This document shows positions 19,625 through 27,378 of a stretch of DNA of 64,000 nucleotides, piece by piece; position 1 is the stretch's first letter, and the number at the start of each line of letters is the position of its first letter. This DNA is from an uncultured candidate division Zixibacteria bacterium. Its GTDB lineage: Bacteria; Zixibacteria; MSB-5A5; UBA10806. The translations under genes were made by a program, and so were the position numbers. The stretch is from NCBI GenBank assembly GCA_963817915.1, contig CAWFQL010000012.1, forward strand, positions 384,001 to 448,000, written 5' to 3'. The notes beneath the pieces are model-generated. The model searched no databases, was not told where the DNA came from, and saw only the letters and a list, made by a program, of their open reading frames with translations.

Positions 19625-20909
19625 TATTGCATGTAATGCCGTTACTCTTACACCAATCTCCAATTTCCTTTATATCAGCTGCGGAACAACACCAGGCTTG
19701 CTCGAATTGGGAGCGAAGATCATCCGATAATATTTTTTCTACATTATCGAGATACCATTGGAAAAGCTTTGGTCTCATATCAGGCGTGATAATTTTAAGT
19801 GCTTCGAGATTTCCACAGATAGCGCCCCCATAATTGCCCATTATCATTCGCCCCGCGTCGGTATCGGGGGCGTAGCGTAGACGCCAGCTTCGCAGCCCGC
19901 TCGTGCGATATTCATTTATCCATTTGTCGTATACAAGGCTTAATTGCTCTGAATATGATTTTTGAGACGGAGTAACGAGAATTACCAGACCAAGATCCAT
20001 TCCCTTTTGGACAATATTTTTCAATTTTTCAGTCAGAAAGACCGTTTTTGAGAAATATACCGGCCTGCCCGCCAGCTTGGCCGATTCGATTATTTTGATA
20101 ATTAGCGTATCCCCGAATGGCCCGGACGGCGTCATGGGGATATTTTGCCCCTTCATGGCCTTGAATATCGAATCCCTTAATTCCATCAATCCCTTTTTAT
20201 CGATAAAACTGGGAAGACCATGTTCAACCATATAAATCGGATACCATTCCGAATTTAAAAGACTCCTATTGACTATGGTGACATCAGCACGAATTTTCAA
20301 TATCCGTTCCAATATCCAGCCGGGATATGTGTCATTGTCACCGTTAGTTATTAGAATTGCGTCCTTTTCGAGACTTATTAGCATGTTGTAATTGAAATCC
20401 ATCACTTCGTCGTAAATAACGCCGCTATTAAGCAATTTCCTCAATGCCAGATCAAGCCTCTCGTCATCTCGCCCGGACATGTAGTGAGTTACCAATGCAA
20501 ACCAGGGATCGATAAAATTAGGGTCAATTTCAGCCGCTTTTTCGAGATTCTTGCGGCCTTCGGTGTCATCGGGTGCGCCAATATGTTCAAGGGCCTTCAG
20601 GTAGAGCAATATTGGATTTGATGGATACTTCTTTAGCCCTTTGTCCAATAATCCCGAGTAATTCTTGTCCCCGGCATATCGGGCCGCATACATCCAGTTG
20701 GCATATGCGAATTCCGATGGATATTCATCAAAGTATGCCTTCCAAAGCGTATCTAATTTCGCATATGTCTTCGTGTCATAGATTACCTGTCGCATGCTCC
20801 TTATTTCTTCTGGACGAACCACGGTCGCCGCTGAAACCATCGCGGGAAGCAAAACCCCGCTCAGAATCAACATTCCGATAATAGCCAATCCGATAATCCT
20901 GCTTTTCAT
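19608..20909 (-). CDS. Secreted TPR-like protein with DUF2723-like soluble domain
   Basis: Signal peptide, TPR-like helices, ILITNGDNDTYPGW...IRADVTIVNRSLLNSEWY. Confidence 0.65.
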   Translation of the reverse strand: MKSRIIGLAIIGMLILSGVLLPAMVSAATVVRPEEIRSMRQVIYDTKTYAKLDTLWKAYFDEYPSEFAYANWMYAARYAGDKNYSGLLDKGLKKYPSNPILLYLKALEHIGAPDDTEGRKNLEKAAEIDPNFIDPWFALVTHYMSGRDDERLDLALRKLLNSGVIYDEVMDFNYNMLISLEKDAILITNGDNDTYPGWILERILKIRADVTIVNRSLLNSEWYPIYMVEHGLPSFIDKKGLMELRDSIFKAMKGQNIPMTPSGPFGDTLIIKIIESAKLAGRPVYFSKTVFLTEKLKNIVQKGMDLGLVILVTPSQKSYSEQLSLVYDKWINEYRTSGLRSWRLRYAPDTDAGRMIMGNYGGAICGNLEALKIITPDMRPKLFQWYLDNVEKILSDDLRSQFEQAWCCSAADIKEIGDWCKSNGITCNNASGK

Positions 20910-21034
20910 TGAATTCCTCCATTCTTCATCAAATTTCCCCAGTTCAACTAAATAATCCCCAAACCCTTTAAAAGTTCAATGAAAGCGAAAAAAAAGTAAT
21001 AATCGTCATATTAAACACATCCGCATACCACAAT

Positions 21035-21379
21035 TTAACCCTCAGCGCCGCCTTTATCGATCGGCTTAATATCTTTGCCTGCAAGAAAAGCCTCGAACGC
21101 GCAATCGATAATCTCCTTAATCTCTTTTCGCTCCCAATATGCTAACGCTTTAAGCTTCATTAGCTTATCTTCTTTGACAATGAATGTTGCCCGAGTCCAG
21201 CCCTGTTTTAATCCGGCCCGTTTGGAATTTAAGATCAACTTTCTCCTGGGAGGGCGAACAACGGCAATCTTTGGTTCAGCTTCAATCGGCTGTATACTGT
21301 GTTTACTCTGTTCGATTTTCTCGTTGCCGCTTTTTATCCAGAAAAATGGTTCTTTGCTTCCTTTGATTTCGTCAGCCAT
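21035..21379 (-). CDS. Small putative ribbon-helix-helix DNA-binding protein
   Basis: AGGAGG RBS; C-terminal WTRATFIV-KEDKLMKLKALAYW-KEIKEIIDCAFEAFL strand-helix-helix pattern. Confidence 0.6.
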   Translation of the reverse strand: MADEIKGSKEPFFWIKSGNEKIEQSKHSIQPIEAEPKIAVVRPPRRKLILNSKRAGLKQGWTRATFIVKEDKLMKLKALAYWERKEIKEIIDCAFEAFLAGKDIKPIDKGGAEG

Positions 21380-21685
21380 TATCTATTGCCTCCTATTATT
21401 ATAATATTCAATGAGTTATGCGAATTTTTCCATTCCTAATGTCGAATATCTGCCCACAAATAAGCTCATTACAAGAATTATGTAAATTGGTCAAGCGAAA
21501 ATTTATACTGTATACAGTAAATATATTGTAAGGTCTGTTGGGTGATATTGGCAGTATACGGAGTATACATAAATAGCCTATTGATATCAATAGAGGGATT
21601 GAGTATCTAAATCAGACAGTTGTTAAAATTTGAGTGAAATATGGCTTCCAGTAGGGTCTGGGGAGTTTGTTTGATGATAATTGAA

Positions 21686-21958
21686 TTATTTGTCTAAGCA
21701 GATTTCGTCGATTATACCAACAATAATTGATCTTAATGGCGCTTTGGGATCATTTACGATCTGGCGAGCAGAATTGCCTTCATCGATTACGAGAACAGTC
21801 TCGCCAATTCCCGCGCCGACCGTGTCAATCGCGATTAGATAGCCGCTGACATCGATTCCGGGGGGTGCCACTTTTTCCACGAGCAACAGCTTGTAGCCAT
21901 CATAGAAGGGATGGTTAATAGTCGAATATACCGTGCCCTGAACCTTGCCAACAATCAT
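21686..21958 (-). CDS. BMC vertex pentamer (EutN/CcmL family)
   Basis: MIVGKVQGTV...IAIDTVGAGIGETVLV...IVGIID. Confidence 0.92.
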   Translation of the reverse strand: MIVGKVQGTVYSTINHPFYDGYKLLLVEKVAPPGIDVSGYLIAIDTVGAGIGETVLVIDEGNSARQIVNDPKAPLRSIIVGIIDEICLDK

Positions 21959-22239
21959 TTATGGCTCCGGTCGTTTAGGTCAACTCCATCGACAATCCCG
22001 ATTACCGAATGATCGACGGGGACGAAAGTCTCAGATAGTGCCATAGCAGCTTCACGGCCGCCTTCATAGTATATTAATTCTCCGGGACCGGCCATGGCGG
22101 TAGCGTCGGCGGCCACCAATGGTTTACCCGACGGATTTTGATTCTTATCCAAAGGCTGTACTATGAGTAGTTTCACGCCTTCCAGACCTTTATATTTCAG
22201 GCTCGCGACAACAGTGCCTATGACTCTGCCTAAAATCAA
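21955..22239 (-). CDS. BMC vertex pentamer (EutN/CcmL family)
   Basis: MILGRVIGTVVAS.K...KLLIVQP...AGPGE...PVDHSVIGIVD. Confidence 0.92.
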   Translation of the reverse strand: MILGRVIGTVVASLKYKGLEGVKLLIVQPLDKNQNPSGKPLVAADATAMAGPGELIYYEGGREAAMALSETFVPVDHSVIGIVDGVDLNDRSHK

Positions 22240-22859
22240 ATTCTATTCCTGCCAAAGAAGTTTGATGCCTTCTCGATTTCGGAAGCCATCAAATCATCGA
22301 TCCTCGGTATTACAGTAGTATGCAATATTATATTCTTAACTTTTATTCTATTCGACCCTATTTCAATTGCGGCTTGAACTTCTTCGAGCTTGCCATTGAA
22401 GATAGTAAATGAATTTCCGCCTAAATCGTCAGCCAGGCGGATTTCCATCACGATAACTTCCGCTCCCTTCGTACCAGCATCAGCGGCGTCTATATTTGAC
22501 GCAACAGTTGATGTTTCGATTACACCAATTGACTCGTATTTCCTCGGAGTTCTAAAACCCAATACGGCGTCATGAACCGCATCATGAATATTGGGCAAGA
22601 AAACGCTATCGATTATTGTCTCTGGGCGGATTTGAAGTCCTTCGCGATATGATTCTTCCACCGATGCGACATCTCCGCCTATCAGCGTCAGATATTTCCC
22701 CGGGTGGACAGTGCCGACCTTGAGCATCACGATCGGAGCCTTTTTTATCATGGCGTCCCCGGCGGTCATACCGGCTGCGATACTGCTAAATTCAATCAAT
22801 GCTATAGCCGGATAACGAGATTTTTCAGTCTCAGATTTGATATTTTTAGGTGTTGCCAT
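22236..22859 (-). CDS. BMC tandem-domain trimer (PduT-like BMC-T)
   Basis: Two BMC domains: IEFSSIAAGMTAGDAMIK...PGKYL...GDVASV and GVIETSTVASNIDAADAGTK. Confidence 0.88.
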   Translation of the reverse strand: MATPKNIKSETEKSRYPAIALIEFSSIAAGMTAGDAMIKKAPIVMLKVGTVHPGKYLTLIGGDVASVEESYREGLQIRPETIIDSVFLPNIHDAVHDAVLGFRTPRKYESIGVIETSTVASNIDAADAGTKGAEVIVMEIRLADDLGGNSFTIFNGKLEEVQAAIEIGSNRIKVKNIILHTTVIPRIDDLMASEIEKASNFFGRNRI

Positions 22860-22862
22860 TTA

Positions 22863-24302
22863 TTATACGATTCTGAAATGATCAACTAAGACGCAGCGTC
22901 GTTCGCGGGAAAATGTTCTCGGACGAGTGAGCCCTTCACCGGTGGGGGAGGCAATCGTAAATGACGAATATCCTTCGCCGCCATAGCCCAGCCCGGAATA
23001 ATTGGGACCATTTTTGACAAAAATCGAGCAATCCATTTCCCGAGCCATGCGCGAAAGATTCGTGATATTTTTCGAATGCATCGAGGCCGTATGCCGAAAG
23101 CCTCGTTCGCTCCATTTGGCCAGATCAATTCCTTCATCCGCCGACTTAACTTTCACAATTGGCAGGATAGGCATCATCTGCTCGGTTATCACCAGCGGAT
23201 GGTCTTTATCAACTTCCATTATAGCCAGACGGATATTATCATTAACATTCATTCCAATTTTTGATAGAATTGCCGAAGCGTCTTTCCCGATAAATGATTT
23301 ATTAACATGCGCCGGTTTGCCAGGACCGAATGTCTTTTCGAATATCAGTCTTTCGAGTCGCGATGATTCCGACTTATTGAGCAATACGGCGCCCGAATTT
23401 ATCATTGATCTGATCAATTCAGTGGCCACCGATTCCTCGACAAAGACTGTTTTTTCATCGGTGCAGATAATATTATTATCGAATGATGCCCCAAGCACGA
23501 TATCCCGTCCCGCTTTGTCGATATCGGCGGTTTCATCTACCACGGCCGGAGGATTTCCCGGACCGGCGCAAATTGCCCGTTTGCCGCTCTGCATGGCGGC
23601 CCTGACTACCAATTCGCCCCCTGTAACCACCACCAGTCTGACATTGGGATGAGACATCAGTTCCTGCGCGCTCTTGATAGTCGGCTCGACCGGAGTCGTG
23701 ACAACATTAGGTGGCCCGCCAGCGGCGATGATTGCTTTATTTATCAGCGAAATATTGAATATCGAGACATTCTTGGCGCCAGGATGAACATTGAAGACGA
23801 CGCCGTTGCCAGCCGCGATCATTCCAATCGTATTGCAGATAATAGTCGATGTCGGATTAGTAATCGGTGTAATCGCCCCGATTACCCCGAACGGCGCCGG
23901 TTCGAAAAGCGATAGTCCTCTGTCACCCGAACGAGCTGTAGGATATAAGTCTTCCGTTCCCGGAGTTTTCTCGGTGACAACGATATTTTTTTTGATTTTG
24001 TCTTCTACACGGCCCAGCCCGGTCTCGGAATTCGCCATTTCCGCCAATGTCCTGGCATTATCGAGCATCGATTTTCTGATTGAACGAATGATTTCATCAC
24101 GTTTGGATAGCGGCATCCGGCAGAATTCTCGTTGAGCGGCAACTGTTGCTTTGACAGCGGAATCGATATCAGCGAAGACACCTTCAGTCATAGCCGCCAA
24201 TCGATTATTGATGACTGTTGGTGACTGTCCTTGTCCAGCGGACATGTATTTAATCACCTGCTGAGCAATGGCGTCGATCTGATTTTCGCTGAGATTGGAC
24301 AT
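22863..24302 (-). CDS. eutE: CoA-acylating aldehyde dehydrogenase (EutE/PduP family) with N-terminal encapsulation peptide
   Basis: PFGVIGAITPITNP, AGPGNPP, FDNNIICTDEK, TIASPTGEG; N-terminal helix SENQIDAIAQQVIKYM. Confidence 0.92.
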   Translation of the reverse strand: MSNLSENQIDAIAQQVIKYMSAGQGQSPTVINNRLAAMTEGVFADIDSAVKATVAAQREFCRMPLSKRDEIIRSIRKSMLDNARTLAEMANSETGLGRVEDKIKKNIVVTEKTPGTEDLYPTARSGDRGLSLFEPAPFGVIGAITPITNPTSTIICNTIGMIAAGNGVVFNVHPGAKNVSIFNISLINKAIIAAGGPPNVVTTPVEPTIKSAQELMSHPNVRLVVVTGGELVVRAAMQSGKRAICAGPGNPPAVVDETADIDKAGRDIVLGASFDNNIICTDEKTVFVEESVATELIRSMINSGAVLLNKSESSRLERLIFEKTFGPGKPAHVNKSFIGKDASAILSKIGMNVNDNIRLAIMEVDKDHPLVITEQMMPILPIVKVKSADEGIDLAKWSERGFRHTASMHSKNITNLSRMAREMDCSIFVKNGPNYSGLGYGGEGYSSFTIASPTGEGLTRPRTFSRERRCVLVDHFRIV

Positions 24303-24329
24303 ATTTTAATTTTCCAAAATGCTAAAAAA

Positions 24330-24647
24330 TTAGTCTTCGGACACATTCAGAACGGTTGTGTTCTTGCGGAAGATTGTTTTGCCATCAACTTCCCAGTTGT
24401 CGACTATCGCCATTACGACCGCATCGCAGGGCCTCTTATCGGTGATCTCTGTCTGTCTTGCTGATGAACCCGTAGCGTAGAGAACGATTTCTCCTACTCC
24501 AGCGCCGACAGCATCGACAGCCACCACAATACCGCCGCCGTCTTTGCCGTCGATATCGACATTGCGAAGCAGAAGCAGCTTGGTGCCTTCAAGGCTTTTT
24601 TCTTTTTTAGTAGAAACGACTGTTCCTAAGACTTTTGCCAGTAACAT
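24330..24647 (-). CDS. BMC vertex pentamer (EutN/CcmL family)
   Basis: [15 protein letters not shown]...[12 protein letters not shown]...GSSAR...[11 protein letters not shown]. Confidence 0.93.
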   Translation of the reverse strand: MLLAKVLGTVVSTKKEKSLEGTKLLLLRNVDIDGKDGGGIVVAVDAVGAGVGEIVLYATGSSARQTEITDKRPCDAVVMAIVDNWEVDGKTIFRKNTTVLNVSED

Positions 24648-24711
24648 CGGATTTCTTTCGTTAAAATGGCGGCCGATGGCCTAATCTTGTTTATTCTGCG
24701 ATTGGCCTAAA

Positions 24712-25032
24712 TTATTTCTTGGCTCCTCTTGGCTTTTCCGATTCTTCAAACTCGGATGTCCGCCCCAACGGTATAACCATATCGACATTGGAGTGTGGGC
24801 GAGCGATAATATGAACCGCCACGACTTCGCCTACTTTCGATGCGCCTGCATGACCGGCATCGCATGCCGCCTTGACCGCTGCGACATCGCCGCGAATTAT
24901 AGCGGTCACATAGCCGCCGCCGGTTTTTTCATAGCTTACAAGTTCAACCTTGGCAGCCTTTACCATCGCGTCCGCGGCCTCTACCATAGCCGGGAAACTC
25001 CGACATTCTATCATACCTAATGCTTCTGCCAT
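24712..25032 (-). CDS. BMC hexamer shell protein (BMC-H)
   Basis: ALGMIE...[12 protein letters not shown]...[10 protein letters not shown]...HIIARPH. Confidence 0.95.
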   Translation of the reverse strand: MAEALGMIECRSFPAMVEAADAMVKAAKVELVSYEKTGGGYVTAIIRGDVAAVKAACDAGHAGASKVGEVVAVHIIARPHSNVDMVIPLGRTSEFEESEKPRGAKK

Positions 25033-25093
25033 GGAAATTACCTCCTTGAGATATTTAAGATATTTATTTGCATGTTTGTGAATTTGCCTTCAA

Positions 25094-25717
25094 CTATTTT
25101 CCCATTATTCTTCCGCTAATTCCCTCGATCGCCGCTATTGCCGCGCGATGGCCGACTTCGATATCCCGTTCCTCGCCGCCGAGGTAGATTCTTCCGAATG
25201 ATCCGAATGCCCGCACTTCAAGGATATTGATCTCGGCCGCTTTTTCAGCTTCATTGGCTGCCAAGGCCGCATAGGCCGCCGGTTCGAGCTCCATTACGAA
25301 TAAGGTCTGTCCGGCGATTATCATATTGCCGTGTCGAGTACGGTTAATTAGTTGCGTTTGATGATCATCGAGCCGTCGGATTACCTGATTCGATAATACT
25401 CGCGGTTTCCAACGGTCTTCTTCTTTCAAATGCAACGCGTCAAGAATCGCCTGCCCCGCTTGTCGGACATCGGCCTGCGACTCTGAATGGATTTCCAGCA
25501 TGCCATAGAGTCTTTCGACTATCTGCATGCCGGGTGTCACTTTTGTGGATTTGAGGGCGATATCGGTAATTTGATTTATCTCAATACCAGGAGAAATTTC
25601 CACATACAGCGATGCCATTCCGGCAACCGGGAGAAAACCCTGCGCTACAGTGCCCAAAAATGCCGCATACTGGGGCTGAATACTATCCAAAAAAACATAA
25701 GCTCTTAAATCCGCCAA
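25094..25717 (-). CDS. Permuted stacking BMC trimer (CcmP-like BMC-T)
   Basis: [13 protein letters not shown]...VEISPGIEI...VERLYGMLE...[11 protein letters not shown]...[11 protein letters not shown] start after AGGAG. Confidence 0.88.
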   Translation of the reverse strand: MADLRAYVFLDSIQPQYAAFLGTVAQGFLPVAGMASLYVEISPGIEINQITDIALKSTKVTPGMQIVERLYGMLEIHSESQADVRQAGQAILDALHLKEEDRWKPRVLSNQVIRRLDDHQTQLINRTRHGNMIIAGQTLFVMELEPAAYAALAANEAEKAAEINILEVRAFGSFGRIYLGGEERDIEVGHRAAIAAIEGISGRIMGK

Positions 25718-25731
25718 ATTATTCTCCTTAA

Positions 25732-26683
25732 TTAGTACTTTGAATCACGGGGCTTGGAATCGGATGGCTTCGAGCCATGCTTGGCTTCCTGGCTGATTTT
25801 TACTCCAGCAGATGCTCCGATTCGCGTAGCTCCCGCTTCAATCATCTTTTGAGCGTCGGCGAGACTTCGAATCCCACCCGCCGCTTTTATCCCCATCGAT
25901 GTGCCCTTAACCGCTTCTCTCATTAATGCCACATCATGAACAGTCGCCCCGCCCGGGCCATATCCAGTCGATGTTTTTACGAAATTTGCCCCGGCTTTTT
26001 TCGCAATTTGACAGGCCGAGAAATTTCTCGTCATCCGTGAGCAATGCTGTTTCGATAATGACCTTGGAAATAGCCCCGCCGTCGCGGCAAGCCTCAACAA
26101 CCGCTCTTATATCGCGCAAAACCAGATCCTGGTCGCCGCCCTTAAGCGCGCCGACATTGATAACCATATCGATTTCCCTGGCACCATCGCGGATAGCCCT
26201 TCGAGCCTCCATGGCTTTAATATCCGGCGTGGTTGCCCCGAATGGAAACCCGACAACTGAGCAAACCTTGACCCCGGTGCCTCTAAGCAATTCCGAACAA
26301 TACTTGATATATGACGGATTGACACAGACCGATGCGAAATTATAGGCCCTGGCTTCTTCGCATAATTTCTTGATATCCGCCGGAGTGGCCTGCGGATTCA
26401 ATAACGTATGATCGATATAGTGGGCAATGTCCGACGGTATATCTTTGCCATTCGGAGTATATCCGATTCTACCCGCGCCCGCGCTGATTACGCTTTTAAC
26501 CAATTCAGCATCTATTTCGGTGGGATGACCGTAATGAATAATCACGGTATTGCCATTGGTGCAAACCAGGCTTTTATCATCAATGACTTTACAGCTTCCG
26601 CCCATCAATGATTGAATCCGGTCGGCAATTTTCCGCAAATCGTCGGGTGAAACAGTATTGGTATCGCATTCGCAATCCTGCAT
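25732..26683 (-). CDS. deoC: Deoxyribose-phosphate aldolase with N-terminal extension; one +1 frameshift near 26021; probably the C-terminal half of an RpiB-DeoC fusion
   Basis: IDHTLL, SVCVNP, VGFPFG, EIDMVIN, KVIIET in one frame, then [23 protein letters not shown] in the next. Confidence 0.85.
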
Positions 26684-27143
26684 TTTTCGGCATCTGCGGC
26701 GGATTGCCTTTTTCAATATCGGTAATCATCGCCACCCGTTTCTTATGGCGGTCAATTGTGCATTCTGATGACAAAAACGTATCCACTATCTGTTTGGCCA
26801 GTTCGAAACCGATTAGTCCCGCGCCGAGAGTCAATACATTGGCGTCATTATGTTCGCGGCTGTTTTTCGCCGATGAAACATCGTAGCACAGAGCCGCTCG
26901 AACCCCGGGCACCTTATTGGCCACAATGCACGACCCGATTCCGGCGCCGTCGATCATTATGCCGCGGGAGCATTTACCATTGCCGACAAGCGATGCCACG
27001 GCGTAAGCGAATCTTGGATAATCAACCGAATCGGTGCATTTGGTGCCGCAATCTTCGACCGATATTCCTTTTTCGGAAAGATGTTTTTTTAGCTTTTCTT
27101 TGAGTTCGAATCCGCCGTGGTCGGCGCCAATTGCAATTTCCAT
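26589..27143 (-). CDS. rpiB: Ribose-5-phosphate isomerase B, probably fused to DeoC
   Basis: [51 protein letters not shown]. Removing one A in the A5 run at 26683-26687 joins it to the DeoC frame. Confidence 0.88.
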   Translation of the reverse strand: MEIAIGADHGGFELKEKLKKHLSEKGISVEDCGTKCTDSVDYPRFAYAVASLVGNGKCSRGIMIDGAGIGSCIVANKVPGVRAALCYDVSSAKNSREHNDANVLTLGAGLIGFELAKQIVDTFLSSECTIDRHKKRVAMITDIEKGNPPQMPKNAGLRMRYQYCFTRRFAENCRPDSIIDGRKL

Positions 27144-27196
27144 CGTTTTTCCTAAAATTCGCCTACAAATACGATAACAATAGCCATCTTTAATCA

Positions 27197-27226
27197 TGTA
27201 TAGCATTGATTTAAGTATGCTGTCAA
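27197..27226 (-). promoter_or_regulatory. Candidate sigma70 promoter for the BMC operon
   Basis: TTGACA-N18-TATACA with TG extended -10. Confidence 0.4.
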
Positions 27227-27378
27227 GGATGATTTTGAATGTAGAGATTGCTTCTGAAAAGTCATGATAGAAGATATGTTTATTTCATTTCTAACTCGCG
27301 GAACTTAATAGTAATTTCTAATTGTTAAATTCGCAGTATTCATTATATTGGATATTAAATTAACTTCGGGAGGAGCCA

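Noticed and set aside
21506..21519. LexA SOS box
   Set aside because: CTGT and ACAG are 2 nt apart, not the 8 nt of the E. coli-type box.
23002..23652. 216-aa plus-strand ORF and similar antisense ORFs in the track
   Set aside because: They are shadows of well-supported opposite-strand genes and carry no motifs or RBS.
21686..25717. Ethanolamine/propanediol utilisation BMC or carboxysome
   Set aside because: No eutBC, pduCDE, glycyl-radical enzyme or RuBisCO is present. The cargo is RpiB/DeoC/AldDH.
26015..26030. Programmed frameshift in deoC, also considered at 53235 and in hyfB
   Set aside because: The breaks fall mid-domain, the truncated products would be non-functional and there is no consistent slippery motif. 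Sequencing indels are more parsimonious.
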